The position numbers and the translations under genes were made by a program. This document shows positions 1 to 11,581 of a DNA stretch of 64,000 nucleotides, piece after piece; position 1 is the first letter of the stretch, and each line of letters opens with the position of its first letter. Source of the stretch: Dicyema japonicum (lineage: Eukaryota; Animalia; Dicyemida); NCBI GenBank assembly GCA_011109175.1, contig RDEW01000027.1, positions 515,399-579,398 of the forward strand, given 5' to 3'. The notes below the pieces were generated by a model. It was not told the DNA's origin. It saw only the letters and a program-made list of their open reading frames with translations, and ran no database searches.

Positions 1-149
1 ACCTCAAGTTTTTTGCAGTTTGGAAACTCATCTAAAGAGTTGGCAGAGAAAATTGAAATAATGTTGATTCATTAACGCTTTAACTATCAACTGCGTTAGA
101 AAGAACCACAGGGACTATTCCCCTCAATTTCTTTGAGAGAAGAGCATAC

Positions 150-262
150 TTCCGTTTCTTCTCTAACTATTCGGTATTGAAATGAATTATTCCAAAGGCC
201 AAAAGTAAAACCAAACTGACTAATCCCGTGAACCCGACGCGTTCCAGTAGACCCTTTAAAAC
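150..262 (-). repeat. Dispersed repeat family R5 (orphan 3' end of a retroelement), diverged copy
   Basis: aattattccaaaggccaaaagtaaaaccaaactgac resembles 45662-45745 and 61215-61292, and the reverse complement of 4405-4460. Confidence 0.5.
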
Positions 263-1118
263 AAGCACGATGATTCAGAGGACATCGTCCGGGAGCTGAG
301 GTCTAAGCCAGAATTCGTCGCCAAGGAACAAAATAGTCTCCCGGTTGAATTAAGAATGGATCTTTGATGTGTCTCTTGAGTAAAATGGATCCAGAAGCGT
401 GTAAGCTTTCTGATTCCCGGGGGGAGTATGTGATTATGATACCCCTAATAACTTAAGAAATCGTGACTAAATAAATTACAGATGTTGTCATAAATGAAAA
501 TGAATAAAAGATCAAATAAGAGTGAGGTGGTTCATTTTTACTTTATTAACAAAAAACAAAAAGTCACTTACTTTCATTTCCAATCGCTTCAATGTTGTCA
601 ACAAATGCCTGCACCACAGCTTCTTTCATCTCGCTTGTCAGGAATTTCTTTTAAATGCAAATCAAGGATAAACTTGACTGATTTGACATCGGGGACCTTA
701 ATAGTAGACACTGTGGGTAATAAACGATATGATATACACAAAGTTGGAAACACATCCCATCCAAGCTCAGCTAATAAAGCGAGAAAGTCTTCACCGATGT
801 CAATAGAGCACGGTGATAGATAGCAGTCGATCTTGTCTATGATGAAAAAACATCTAAAAAAAAGTGAGTATAACTTAATAACGTGAACTTTATGGCTTGG
901 AGCTGCTGCGTCTATGGCCCCCTTCTATGCACGCCCCTGGGTGGACCAGAAGTAAAAAAGAGAAGAAATCCTCCCCTGTTTCTTCTTGGTTGAGGTGGTG
1001 ACGTGCCTCTTTTGCACAAGATGTCTTCTTCGTGCATTCAATCTTCCCTGTTCACTATTAGATTTAATATTTAAATCTATTTTATCCTAATATTCTATTT
1101 TAATTTAAATTATGATTT

Positions 1119-1785
1119 GGGGTTTACCCATGTCAAGAAGTTGGTGGATTGTTGGATGATGACTCACTTCGTACAGCTGTATGTCTACACCTCGGATTGC
1201 CTGTTTGCACCAAATCAAAGTGCAAATGTGGCTGTCTATCGGACGAACTGGGTCTCCACCTCCTCTCATGCCGGAGCGGAATTGGCAGATCTTCTCGACA
1301 TTCGGCAATGAACGGCATCATTAAGAGGGCATTAGAATCGGCTGGATTCCGTTGCCGGATCGAACCGACTGGTCTATTTGACAACGGAAGACGCCCTGAC
1401 GGCATGACCTCCTTTCCTTTTGAGCGAGGGCGAAACCTTGTATGGGATGTGACCTGTGTCTGCTCTTTCGCCCCAAGCAAAAAAATAATTCACCGGGCAG
1501 ACCTTCTTCTCAAGCAGAGGAAGTAAAAAATGCTAAATATTCGGATATCAGCGACAGGTACATTTTCGCACCTGTCGCGATTGAAACTTCGGGGAACTTT
1601 GGCCCTAAAACGCTGAAGTTCCTGAACCATTTGGGAAAACTACTAACTGACAAAACTGGTGATCTTCGTGAGACGAGATGGCTCAAGGAGAGGCTCTCGT
1701 TGGCTGTTGTCCGTGGGAATAGCTTGTGCATCTCCCAACAGCTGAATTAAAATTAACTATTCTTTTTCCTTATAATAATAATGAG
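1119..1785 (+). mobile_element. 5'-truncated CRE-like non-LTR retrotransposon (CCHC knuckle plus PD-(D/E)xK restriction-like endonuclease) with 15-bp TSD
   Basis: ORFs 1149-1526 and 1442-1750 give CKCG..GLHLLSC..RH..RRPDG..VWDVTC and FAPVAIETSG..WLKERLSLAVVRGNS; short TAA tail; TTTAAATTATGATTT at 1104-1118 and 1786-1800. Confidence 0.85.
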
Positions 1786-2394
1786 TTTAAATTATGATTT
1801 TAACACAAAAGTCTGGTGGATTTTTATAAAATTAGCAGCGTTGATAGCTTCTCTCACAGCGTGCTAGCTCATGCGGAAAGCCTACGCTGTGCAATTCGCC
1901 TCGCTCACAGTTAGCTATCTAACATACAAATTGATAATTGTAAATTCATGAATTCGAATTGATTAAATTCTCAACATAATTTATGTGTTTATTTTTTGCT
2001 GTTTCTCACGTGGTTCCTAGCTTTACTAAGATACCAAAAATATTATTTTATTCCGTTTTAGGAAATAATTTTTTCACCTCTTCTTTACCGATACCAAAAA
2101 TATCATATTTACCCTATTTTGGGGCAAAATATTTTCGATTTATTTTAACTTAGGGACTAATTCTTTCTTGGTCCTTACTTTGGATTCGTGCAATAAAGAT
2201 CATTTTTATTTATTTTAGGAAGATGGTTGCATGGATGGAGGATGTACAGACACATACACAAAGCTAGTGTTACATAGATCTGTAGTCCTCAACCTGATCG
2301 ATGAGTTTTATATTTTTAGGTGATCGAATTCTAATTTTGGGCAATGGAATTTATAATTAGAAATTATTTAATGTTAACCATGTTAAACTCGACA

Positions 2395-2475
2395 GTCATG
2401 AGAGCTATCGAGGATGTCGAGTTTACTTACCTTTTGGAACCTGTCGGTCTTGACAGAGGTGATGGCAAGAGGCGA
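2395..2475 (+). mobile_element. Degenerate CRE-like fragment
   Basis: LLEPVGLDRGDGKR matches LEPVDLDRGDGKR at about 55180 and LEPVILDRGDRK at about 6730. Confidence 0.55.
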
Positions 2476-2764
2476 CATAACACCCATGTCATGGAGCCGA
2501 GGGAGGTGTCTTGCTTGGGATTAATTGGCCGAGAACGTATGATTTATCAGGTTAATCGGACGGCTTATGGGAAAGCGGGAGGGTGAACCTATTATGAGAG
2601 GTAACTCCTATTGCGTGCTCGATGCCTTCAGGTCACAATGGAGACCAGTAACAACTTTATGCTAATAAATTGTTATTGAAAAAAATATTTAATTGATAAA
2701 AAATCAAATATTAATATTTTTTAAATGGCTAAATATTAAGAAATGTGAAATAAATTTGAGGCAG

Positions 2765-3030
2765 TGTCATAAATGCCAAAGTCCTGATTGCCTCGTATTC
2801 GAATCTAGCTGCTGTACATTCCGGCTGAAGATTCTACTCATCATCAGTGAATATTTCATTGCGGAACCGGATTGTCTGAATATGACTCACGCAACAAAAA
2901 TAAAAAGTAGTTAAAAACATTTCTCTTTTCCTCCCTTTCAACGATTAGTTTTATAACTGTTCTTTACAAAATAAAGCGTGTATCTTGGCTATAAGGAGCT
3001 ATTATTGCTATCGTGAAAAGGCTTTATTAT
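2765..3030 (+). mobile_element. tRNA-headed SINE family S1, degenerate copy
   Basis: B-box-like attcgaatc, then ctgctgtacattccggc, catcagtg..ttgcggaaccggattgtct, ataactgttcttta and tail tcgtgaaaaggctttattat shared with other S1 copies. Confidence 0.65.
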
Positions 3031-3160
3031 GTCGCGCGCAGTGTGAGCAACCATGCACAATGCGCAACAAATCATGTGTCAATGTCATATGACAAAATCA
3101 TGTCAATCAATATCACGATTAATTACTGAAATAAGATAATCTTGAGTTAATTTATTACAT

Positions 3161-3733
3161 TTGCTTCCAATGCTGTGGAGAAAGGCGTCCGTCTTCGCGC
3201 CTACAGTTCCAGTTGTCTCCACAGCAATGGGGGCGAAATGGTAGTGGTCTCTGAGGGATTCGTACTTATGGATCTTCTTGACCTCCGCCTGGTCGGCTGC
3301 GTCTCCAGGAAAGTGCGTCGCCGTCAGCGATCTGGCTCCTGAGAAGGTGTCCACACACGTTGCGTCCCAGACGAGTGATTTTCCGTGGGAGTATGGGAAT
3401 AACGTCATTTCATCCGGCCTTTTCCCGTCGCCTCTGTCAAGCCCAATGGTTCCAATTGGCCCGGAAATCCCGCAGCATTGAGGGCTCGAAAAATGAAGTC
3501 ATTGAGGGCTGCTTGGTGCGGGATCGACCAGTACTCCTTCGGCAAGAGAGTGGATGTAATCTTTTCGTATCAACGTCCCTGCCACAACGGCATTTGTGTC
3601 TAAAAAGGTGCGAGTCACGGGAGGGACTCTGGTTGAGGCAGAGGCTCGAAATGGCGATTATCAGAGGTAACGCCTTCGCCATTCTGTCGTCCTAATTATT
3701 GCCTAACTTTCATTATTTAAAAATAACTGTTAA
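3161..3733. mobile_element. CRE-like retrotransposon insertion with 5' inversion (3161-3600 minus, 3601-3733 plus) and 13-bp TSD
   Basis: Minus segment encodes CRCG..LHPLSC..VWDATCVDTF..FAPIAVETTG..FLHSIGSK; plus segment continues KRCESREGLWLRQRLEMAIIRGNAFAILSS* plus 3' end; TAATTTATTACAT at 3148-3160 and 3734-3746. Confidence 0.85.
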
Positions 3734-4319
3734 TTATTTATTACATCAAAATTAATTATATTTTCTTGACCATGTGAATTGGAGTAATTTTTTTCACCAG
3801 TTGATAAAAATATTTTTTACATTCTAACCTCTACACGATTGTTTGATAATGAACTCAAAATTTCTACATTCTCACTGTTTGGACTCTCAAATTTATTCAG
3901 CCTTAGAGAGGATTAGTTCCATAATCTTTTAAAACTCTAACCTACATTTAATTATTTAATAAAAACTTGATCTCCTATAGAAAACGTGTATTTACCATGA
4001 TGAACATTCATCTTTTTGTTCATTTTCTTAAAATAAGGTGAATTCAAATTTGGCTTAATGAATTTAAGTTGAAAGTTTTCTAATTTTAAAATCATTTTTC
4101 CAAATCATTTAAAAATTAAAGTAAAGTAAAAAAATACAACAACATGCAGTATAAAATAATAGTTTGTTTTTTCACTTTGGTTCTATGGCTAATTGGATAA
4201 AACTTCTTTTCTTTCCCTCTGATAGCTTCATTGGATTCATTTTACTCAGGAGATGTTCAATGCCAGGTCTGCATTCAAAGTGACCCAACTATTCATTCCT
4301 TCCTGAAACGATTTCTTTC

Positions 4320-4465
4320 TCTGGCGACGAGTTCTGGAATCGACTTCAGCTCCCTAGACAACGTCCTCTGGATCATTGTTCTTGGCTAAAGGTTCTGTTG
4401 GAACGCGTCAGGATCAAGGAATTAGTTTGGTTTCACCCTTGGTCATTGCAATAATTCTATATATT
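4320..4465 (+). repeat. Dispersed repeat family R5 copy
   Basis: ctggcgacgagttctgga...caggatcaagga.ttagtttggtt..cccttggtc.ttg.aataatt plus AT tail; reverse complement of 45655-45745 and 61205-61292. Confidence 0.6.
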
Positions 4466-4799
4466 ATTTATATATCTAAAATGATTTCAAAAGCAGAGTC
4501 CCATAAATTGACGAATCATTTCCAGAAATGAATGTATTATCAGGGAGTCGAAACTTTGGAGATTATGACTACTTAGCAATGATTATATCCGCCGAAGAAT
4601 CGACGAGAATAGATATTTCAAAAAATATTTCAGATATTAAAAACACCTAATTTTCTCTTCAAATGTATTTTCACCTTCATATCTTTCTGAAAGAGAATTC
4701 AGATCTCTCACCGACCGAATACCGCCAATAGCAATTAGAAGCTTACATTGTGACAAAGCCAAACCTTACAACCTGATGTTTATGATATCTTTGGTCAAG

Positions 4800-4960
4800 T
4801 TTTTCTGTGTAGAATCTAAGTATGACTGGAAACAAAAGAACATCTGAGACTGTACGTGAACTTCGGCATGTGGATACAGTTATTTGTGAGAAAAAATGCA
4901 ACCTAGAAAAATGCAACATGGGCATCAAGCAGCTGCAGTTTTTGGGACATGGAATATTAT
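4800..4960 (+). pseudogene. Possible Ty3/gypsy reverse transcriptase remnant
   Basis: aaatgcaacatgggcatcaagcagctgcagtttttgggacatgga = KCNMGIKQLQFLGHG, like the KC..F....V.FLGH end of gypsy RT. Confidence 0.4.
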
Positions 4961-5445
4961 GAAGCAAATTGAAAGTTTGTGATCGAGCTGATATTCGATT
5001 TTAATCAAGTCAATTTTTAAACAAAAATGTTTTATTTTTAACTACACAAACAGTTAACAACTAGAAGTTCCTTTCAGTCAAGGCTGGCCCCTTCAGAATT
5101 GAAAACGCATTCCCCTAACGATTTGTAAGAAAATGCTCTGTCAAATTACGCCTGATATATCAAAAAAGTCATCAGTTCCAAGGATCATATTATTTTAATG
5201 ATTATTACAGTATTTTTGTTTACAATGCATGAGTGGGTTATTAACTCAATAAAATTAAGAAACAAAGGCAAAATGATAAAATAACATTATTAATAAATGC
5301 CTATAAATCTGCAAACTATTAAAAATTTTTTAATTCGTATTAAGTTGCAGAAATTGTCGTCAATGCTGAAATATGAATAACCCTCATTGTCGAGACTGTC
5401 ATACATATTCCCAAAGGGAATCTTCCAATTACTAAAAACTATACG

Positions 5446-5890
5446 ATGTCCTATTCGTATTCCTTACCGACTTCTCCGTTCACTCTGGGTTCTTTTAATT
5501 GCAGAGGACTTAAACAACCTTACAAGAAACAACAACTGGTATGCGATCTAACAAAATACGACTTCTCTGTCTGCTGTCTACAAGAGACAAAAACGACCGT
5601 ACAATTTACAGAACTTTTTAGAAAATTCCACCTTTTTATCCTCTCATCGGCCTGCCGACATTATGGTTTCGGATTTGCAGTCCATCAGGATCTGATTCAC
5701 TGTGTTACAAGAGTGTGAGCAGCATCTAATATTATAATGGAAATGGCGGACGACCTAGACTATCTAAGAGAACTAGGGCGCAACAGAGGATCATGGTCGA
5801 GGCTGACGGAGAGAATGATTAGGAATACGTCACAAGGGAAACTTAACTAATTTTATGTTTTCTCGGGAGTGCTTTTTAATAATAATAATA
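5446..5890 (+). mobile_element. Bipartite non-autonomous RTE derivative (APE N-terminus fused to RTE 3' end), copy 1
   Basis: MSYSYS..GSFNCRGL..CCLQET joined to ADDLDYLREL..RGSW.RL and ttctcgggagtgcttt(taa)n, homologous to 22380-22527; same junction as 15623-16056. Confidence 0.85.
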
Positions 5891-6339
5891 CAATTCTGTA
5901 ATGATTATAAGAAGGATTGACGACATGCCGTTTATTATTACTTTCCAAATCATTTAAAGTCGTCACAATAAGAGTTTTATTTTTTAACGAATTTAAATCA
6001 TCTAAAAAGCTTGTAATATATTCTCTGCGACGGATGATGCAATAGCCAAGGTCGGCAATTATTGTGCATTTCAATAGCCCTTGTGCCAAGGATGTTTCCA
6101 TTATTACACCGCAGCTTAGGCAGAACTCAATTTATTTAAGAAGTAAAATAGTATTTTATTGAACAGGGAGAACATAACCATATGATGCTGAAAAAGCTTA
6201 ATTTTTATATTTTTATCAGAAAAGACAAGAGCAGCTTTTACTCAAAAAGTCTCGAATATAGAGCATCTGATAAACCATCACCAAAGTCAAGGGTTTTGTG
6301 ATAAAAAATTACTAATTGTGAATAATTTATTACATAGCA

Positions 6340-6870
6340 AAACAATCAAAGTAATCTAGCTAGGTCATTGATTGGATGTTTCTCCTGACAATTGCAGAGA
6401 AATTCTCTGGAACACCCACTTGGTCTCCCGACGTTCTTTACTCGCTTTCGATATCATAGACCCGAGCGATCTTAGAAAAAAGACCGTCTTGGGCCCGAAG
6501 ACTCCGGGCATCACGACTACTACAGGCTGCATATAGAATTTTGTTGAGAGGCTGTCATTTTTTCTTATTTTGACATTCTCGAAATTACGAGAAGCCTCCC
6601 CAGCTTTCAACGCGGAGCCTGAAAGTCTCAAATTATAAGATGTCGGTGCAGCCCCCTTCCAAATCAAGCATTTTTCTAGAGAGAAGGGGAAGACAGTTTC
6701 CCCGTCCGGAAGTTTTCTATCTCCACGATCCAGGATTACCGGTTCCAGAGATGACGGGAATCCAATCGCCTTAAGAGAGAGCTTCACAACCCCTTGATGG
6801 CGGAATGTCTCGGGATCCTGTCACTAATGAGACGGCAAGAAAACGGGTGAATCCTTTGTAACATTACAAT
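6340..6870 (-). mobile_element. 5'-truncated CRE-like element, degenerate
   Basis: ORF 6365-6787: LEPVILDRGDRKLPDG..FPFS..LIW..VVVVMPGVFGPKT..WVFQRISL. Confidence 0.75.
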
Positions 6871-6896
6871 AGTTATTATGGGAGACATAAATCACT

Positions 6897-6952
6897 GCCA
6901 GGAGCGAAAATTTTTTCATAGGGGGATACGAAAAAAAAGTTGAGATCACTGG
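6897..6952 (+). repeat. Short repeat resembling a hAT/MITE terminus
   Basis: caggagcgaaaattttttcatagggggatacgaaaaaaaagttgagatcactg is similar to the reverse complement of 49900-49952. Confidence 0.4.
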
Positions 6953-7749
6953 TCTAGATTATTTTAAATTAGATTTAATTTATTAATTTGATCTGTAGAT
7001 AGATATCGTTTAGTAGCAATTTGTTAAGGCATGTCTTGTCATGATCCAAGAATGCTCTCGACAACTTTTAACTATTTTTATTTACTGTGTCGAAAGCCAA
7101 AAAGTCTATTTATCGTACATGACTGTAGGTTTTTACTTTTTGGCACAAGACGATGAACCATCAAAGTACCCATACCGCATTTGCGGTCGACCGTGCAATG
7201 CAAAATCCACTCTGGCTTAAAGATAAGAAATATTCATTGGCCTTGTCCTTGATTTTGATCAAAACAATAAGAAAAAGTTTTGTCATGTATTAAGTTAATC
7301 TTCGACTAGTCCACGATTAGAGAAGTTTAATTCCCTTAGTCGATAAGTAATCTCTTATGGCCTCTCCCACAAAGCACCTCTACCACAAAGTATATATTTA
7401 TCAAGTCCTCACGTTGATCTCTTCTTGACCAAGTCCATGTGGTTCGGGGCCCAAGTATTTTGTTATTTTCAATTGTCAACATGGCACGCGTGGACACTAA
7501 GTCGCGTATTTTCTCAGTTCAGGTTTGGTTTTTTGGCGGGGAAGATTTTCCGAAGAGTTCTTTACGGATCAGTGAGCGTCTTTTTTATTATCACTGAGAA
7601 AGAAGTTAACAGCTGACTTACTATTATTTACATTTTATTTGTTTCTTATATTTTATATAAATTTGTTTAATAAAATTATATTTATACATTTTTTTCACAA
7701 ATGGCAAACCTAAAGTTAATAAATTGACACACAACATTAAATTGATAAA

Positions 7750-8972
7750 ATGTTGTCGCTTCTACTTTTCTTTGTGATTTATGTTAATAACTGTATAAAA
7801 TTGTAATTAAGGATTAGTTGAGTCTGATGATGGTCTGTTTTGGCAGATTACAGATATTCACATTCAATCTCCTAAAGGGCGAATAGACGAAAAGAGTCCC
7901 TACTTTCAACTAGTACTATCAACTCTAGAATTTATGTCCGAAAAGCTTAGTAATCCCGACTTTATTGCCTGGACCGGGTAAATCACACTAATAATGATAT
8001 TAGTGACACAATCTCCCACTCAGCATGCGAACCAGACAGTGAAGGGCCACTTCCTATCATAAATTGGGTTACAACAAAAATACATCGATTTTTTCCCAGC
8101 ACACAATTAGTTCCTGTGTTAGGTAATCACGACTTTTGCCCGGCAAATGAATGGCCAATTGACAATCCCAAATTTTATGAAAATTTCATATATAATGCCG
8201 GATGGTCTAGTCTATTCTCCTATGATGCATACTATAGCTTCCTTCAGGGGGGGTTTTACTCTATAAGAATATCGAAGACTCTGGACATTATAGTCCTTAA
8301 TTCTGTCCATTGGATATTCCCCAACAAGAACAATCGGAATTCGAATGATCCGGCTGGCCAATTTGAATGGCTGGAAAAAAGATTAATTGCTGCTAAAATA
8401 GAAATAAGCACGTGTTAATTCTGTCACACGTTCCTCCTGGACATGAGCCTAACATGACAAGAAAATATAACATTCCAAGATTTAACAACCGATTCAACAC
8501 GATAATAGGAAAGTTTGAGGATACTATTGTGGGAGTTCTTTGTGGGCATCTCCACCATGATGTTATGTTTACTGATCCTCAGGTATTCAATAAGGCAATC
8601 TATGTTGCCCCCTCCATGTCGAGAATAAACGGGAGTCCTGGAGTCCGCATTTACCGTTATAGCAGGAGAACGGGGGAGATTAAGGACTATCAACAGTATT
8701 ATTTAACAGAAACTGGGAGATGGGTTGATTACACACAGAAATACGTATACTCTGTTGATGGCAATGATGCTTACACACTGAGGGAGTCAGTTAAATCCAA
8801 GATATGCACCTACATTAAGTTATTCGACTTTTCTAGTGAGGAACCTAACAGTTGTGATACACTGTGTGTCAGATCAATATATTGCTCCTTGCTATCACTC
8901 ACTCCAGAAAAATATAATACTTGTATGAGTATTACGGCCTACCACGAAATGCTGGAGGGACTCGAATGCTGA
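7750..8972 (+). CDS. SMPDL3: Acid sphingomyelinase-like phosphodiesterase (SMPDL3 family metallophosphoesterase)
   Basis: Signal-peptide-like N-terminus; FWQITDIH, WTGD..H, LGNHD, SHVPPG, GHLHHD, SPGVRIYRY motifs; introns 7793-7817 (25 nt) and 7978-8003 (26 nt); one missing A at about 8396-8399 restores AKNRNKHVLILSHVPPG. Confidence 0.9.
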
Positions 8973-10113
8973 TTTTTTCTTTACTTATTTCTTTGATTTT
9001 TTTGTTCTTATATAATTGAAAGTCAATTTTAGGGAAAGGGCTCCATATTACCTGCTGGTATTGATTACGCAATGAGAGCTACCCCTTGTGATCCCTTATT
9101 TCGATATTGACTATCTTTAACAATTTAATGCCAGCAAATAATCAAAGATCTTTGTCTGACAATTTAGAAATGTCATTTTCACAGAAAGTGCTTAAGTTCC
9201 TGTTAATTAATAAAACGTCAATAGTCTATTTTGATTGCTATTCTCTACCCTTTGTAATTATTTTATCCAACGCACGACGTTAGTGTGGTGTCACGTGGCT
9301 CAAGTGTCACCCAAATCGAAAAAGACTGACAAGACCCATTAACTTTACCCTACTTTATTTGATCAATCCATATGGTGACCACAATGGAGGCGCGTCAAGT
9401 GAACATAAACCCCAGCGGTAGGGAAGTTTCGTTTCCATAATGTTCTGCGGAAGACGGCCCAGAAATTTTTCAATACAAAGACTTTTAATAGCATTGGAAA
9501 AAATCCAGTCGTCATTAAAGCTAGACTGAGTCAACTCAGTTTCAGAAATGGTTGAAGAATACGAACTTTCTACCCGATAGTAGTTGTGATTATTTTTGTT
9601 TGTGGAAAGTCAAGGTAGTAGGAGAGATAATCAAGCGTTTTATAGTTGTCAAGAAATTGTAGAATAGTGGTCTCTGATTGGATAATTTTTATTACCGCTG
9701 TAGTGGTCAATTAGAGTAGTTTTAGACAGTCGGTAATTGTTTTTAGCGGAGAATTTTAAGTCTTGTATTTTTTCGAAGTTCGTTGTAGATAAACAGAACC
9801 CACATGCAGAAACATCATTGTTCATCGTTCTTTTGATAGTAAGTTGAGATTTTGCGCATACGTCTGTGACATGTATTTTATGATATGAAAAAAAATTCCA
9901 AAGACCATAGTAACACCGAACTAACAAACTAATCACGTGACCTCAGCACGGGTGATGAGTAGGGCGATTTTTGTCAATAAAGTCAAAAATTCATATGTTC
10001 TTTAAACTTGTTTAAAATTTATAAAAATGTAATTTTTAATCAAAAATATTATACCAAAAATTATAAAGTCAAAAAAGTCAAAATTTAATTTTTTATGTCA
10101 TTTAATTCAAAAT

Positions 10114-10411
10114 GGTGGTGATTAGGTGTCAGGCTAAAGTGACTTTGGTTACGGGCTCGATTCTCACTGCTGTTCACCTGGTGGAAGGTTCCACGCATCT
10201 AAGATACTAAAAGGGTTTGACGAGTGACGCCGTCATCAGTGGATACTCACTGCGGAACTGGATTGTCTAGAAAGGACCCACACACAAGAAAAAAAAGAAG
10301 TGAAGATCTTGGTTCTACGATTAGATAAAATTAACTGTTCTTTACTTAAATAAAGTGTGTCCTGCCTATGCGGAGCTATAAATACTATGGCTCTCGTGAA
10401 AAGGCTATTAT
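10114..10411 (+). mobile_element. tRNA-headed SINE family S1
   Basis: Degenerate A/B-box head, body ctgctgttcacctggtggaaggttccacgcatct..gacgagtgacgccgtcatcagt..ctgcggaactggat, tail ggctctcgtgaaaaggctattatg; highly similar to 43310-43640. Confidence 0.85.
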
Positions 10412-10619
10412 GTCAAAATTTTTATTGTTTTTTATTTTTGAATAAAATACGTGTCATCAACTGTTATTCCACGTTCAACCAGGAAGGTCATGGAAAAGGT
10501 TGAGACCACGTTCAACCAGGAAAATATCCTGGAGAATTTTCTAACAACAGCTTTTCAAACTAGCAGATTTATCATTTATTGCTATTTCACAGGTGCTACT
10601 GTAAAAACATCTCATTCCA

Positions 10620-10770
10620 TCTACTGACTCTAGGATGAATGAGGTCACCAATGGTTATTCGAATATGATTTTCCTGCATAAGCTGAACAGTAAAGATTAA
10701 AAAACTTGCTTGAATGTATTGGATTTGATCTCATTTATTCCTACGCTTCGCAAAAAGTGCAGAAAATCTT
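10620..10770 (+). pseudogene. Possible piggyBac transposase remnant
   Basis: agattaaaaaacttgcttgaatgtattggatttgat = RLKNLLECIGFD, resembling the RF..LL.C.RFD block; short and degenerate. Confidence 0.25.
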
Positions 10771-11124
10771 TTACCAGAGGAGGAAGTTGTAGAATATTAT
10801 CGTAAAAATTTTAATTAAGTACAATTATACAAGTTTTGATGGAAATTGAATTTTAATTAAAATATATTGGAAGCAATCCATCCAAATGAACCACAGAGCA
10901 ATTTATCGGAATATTATGTTAATATTTGTGTGTAATTAATAAGGATGGCAGGATAAACTTATTTCACCTAAAAGACGCAGCTAACAGATCCAAAATTGTA
11001 TTTTAGCAACGATCCTGAGAGGGAATAGCCACGTGATCAGGGCAGCTTTTATATAACCATTACTCTATTTTCTTAATAAAAATTTTTATATATATTTTTT
11101 TTTTTATTAATTAAATTTTTTTAA

Positions 11125-11305
11125 CAATTAAACAAATGTCAGTTGAGGAAGCCTGCTGCGTGGATTGCGAACGAGTTCCCTCTGAGTATGGCTATTCCTA
11201 TCTTTTGTCTTAGCCATAGCCCTTCTCGTTGATCCCTTTTCTTTCTGGCAAGCAATCCTCCGAGTTCTTGCAAGAATTCAGCCGTCATTGGACCAACGGC
11301 TCCCG
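11125..11305 (-). mobile_element. CRE-like 3' fragment
   Basis: Reverse strand reads SGAVGPMTAEFLQELGGLLARRK..REGLWLRQKIGIAILRGNSFAIHAAGFLN*; close to 55425-55505 at DNA level. Confidence 0.8.
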
Positions 11306-11349
11306 AATTTTTATATTAAAATTTTTTCTAGATAAATTTGTCATAAAGT

Positions 11350-11450
11350 CAAAAAAATCACGTGATCCCAGCATGCTCTAAAATAGACCTCAGTTTGGTT
11401 CGATGCTCCTCCCTCGAGCCCAATAAGAACAACGCACGGCTCAATGTATT
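11350..11450 (+). repeat. Dispersed repeat family R6 with TCACGTGA core
   Basis: tcacgtgatcccagcatg..agacctca.tttgg..gatg.tcctccctcgagccca shared with 43000-43070; upstream part shared by 9893-9960 and 42968-43020. Confidence 0.6.
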
Positions 11451-11581
11451 GTCAAATATCAAATACATGACGCAGTATTTATATAAAAACAAGTATCAAT
11501 ACAGTACTGAATAAAATCTCTATTAAACACAAATTCCCTTAATAAGGACAAACATAATATTAAAAACATAATATGAATATA

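Noticed and set aside
494-823. 109-aa ORF and most other short ORF-track entries
   Set aside because: No motif or splice support; expected by chance or derived from decayed repeats.
11136-11233. Apparent small plus-strand gene MSVEEACCVDCERVPS with a 28-nt GT-AG intron
   Set aside because: The opposite strand is a clear CRE-like C-terminus (WLRQKIGIAILRGNS); the ORF is a shadow.
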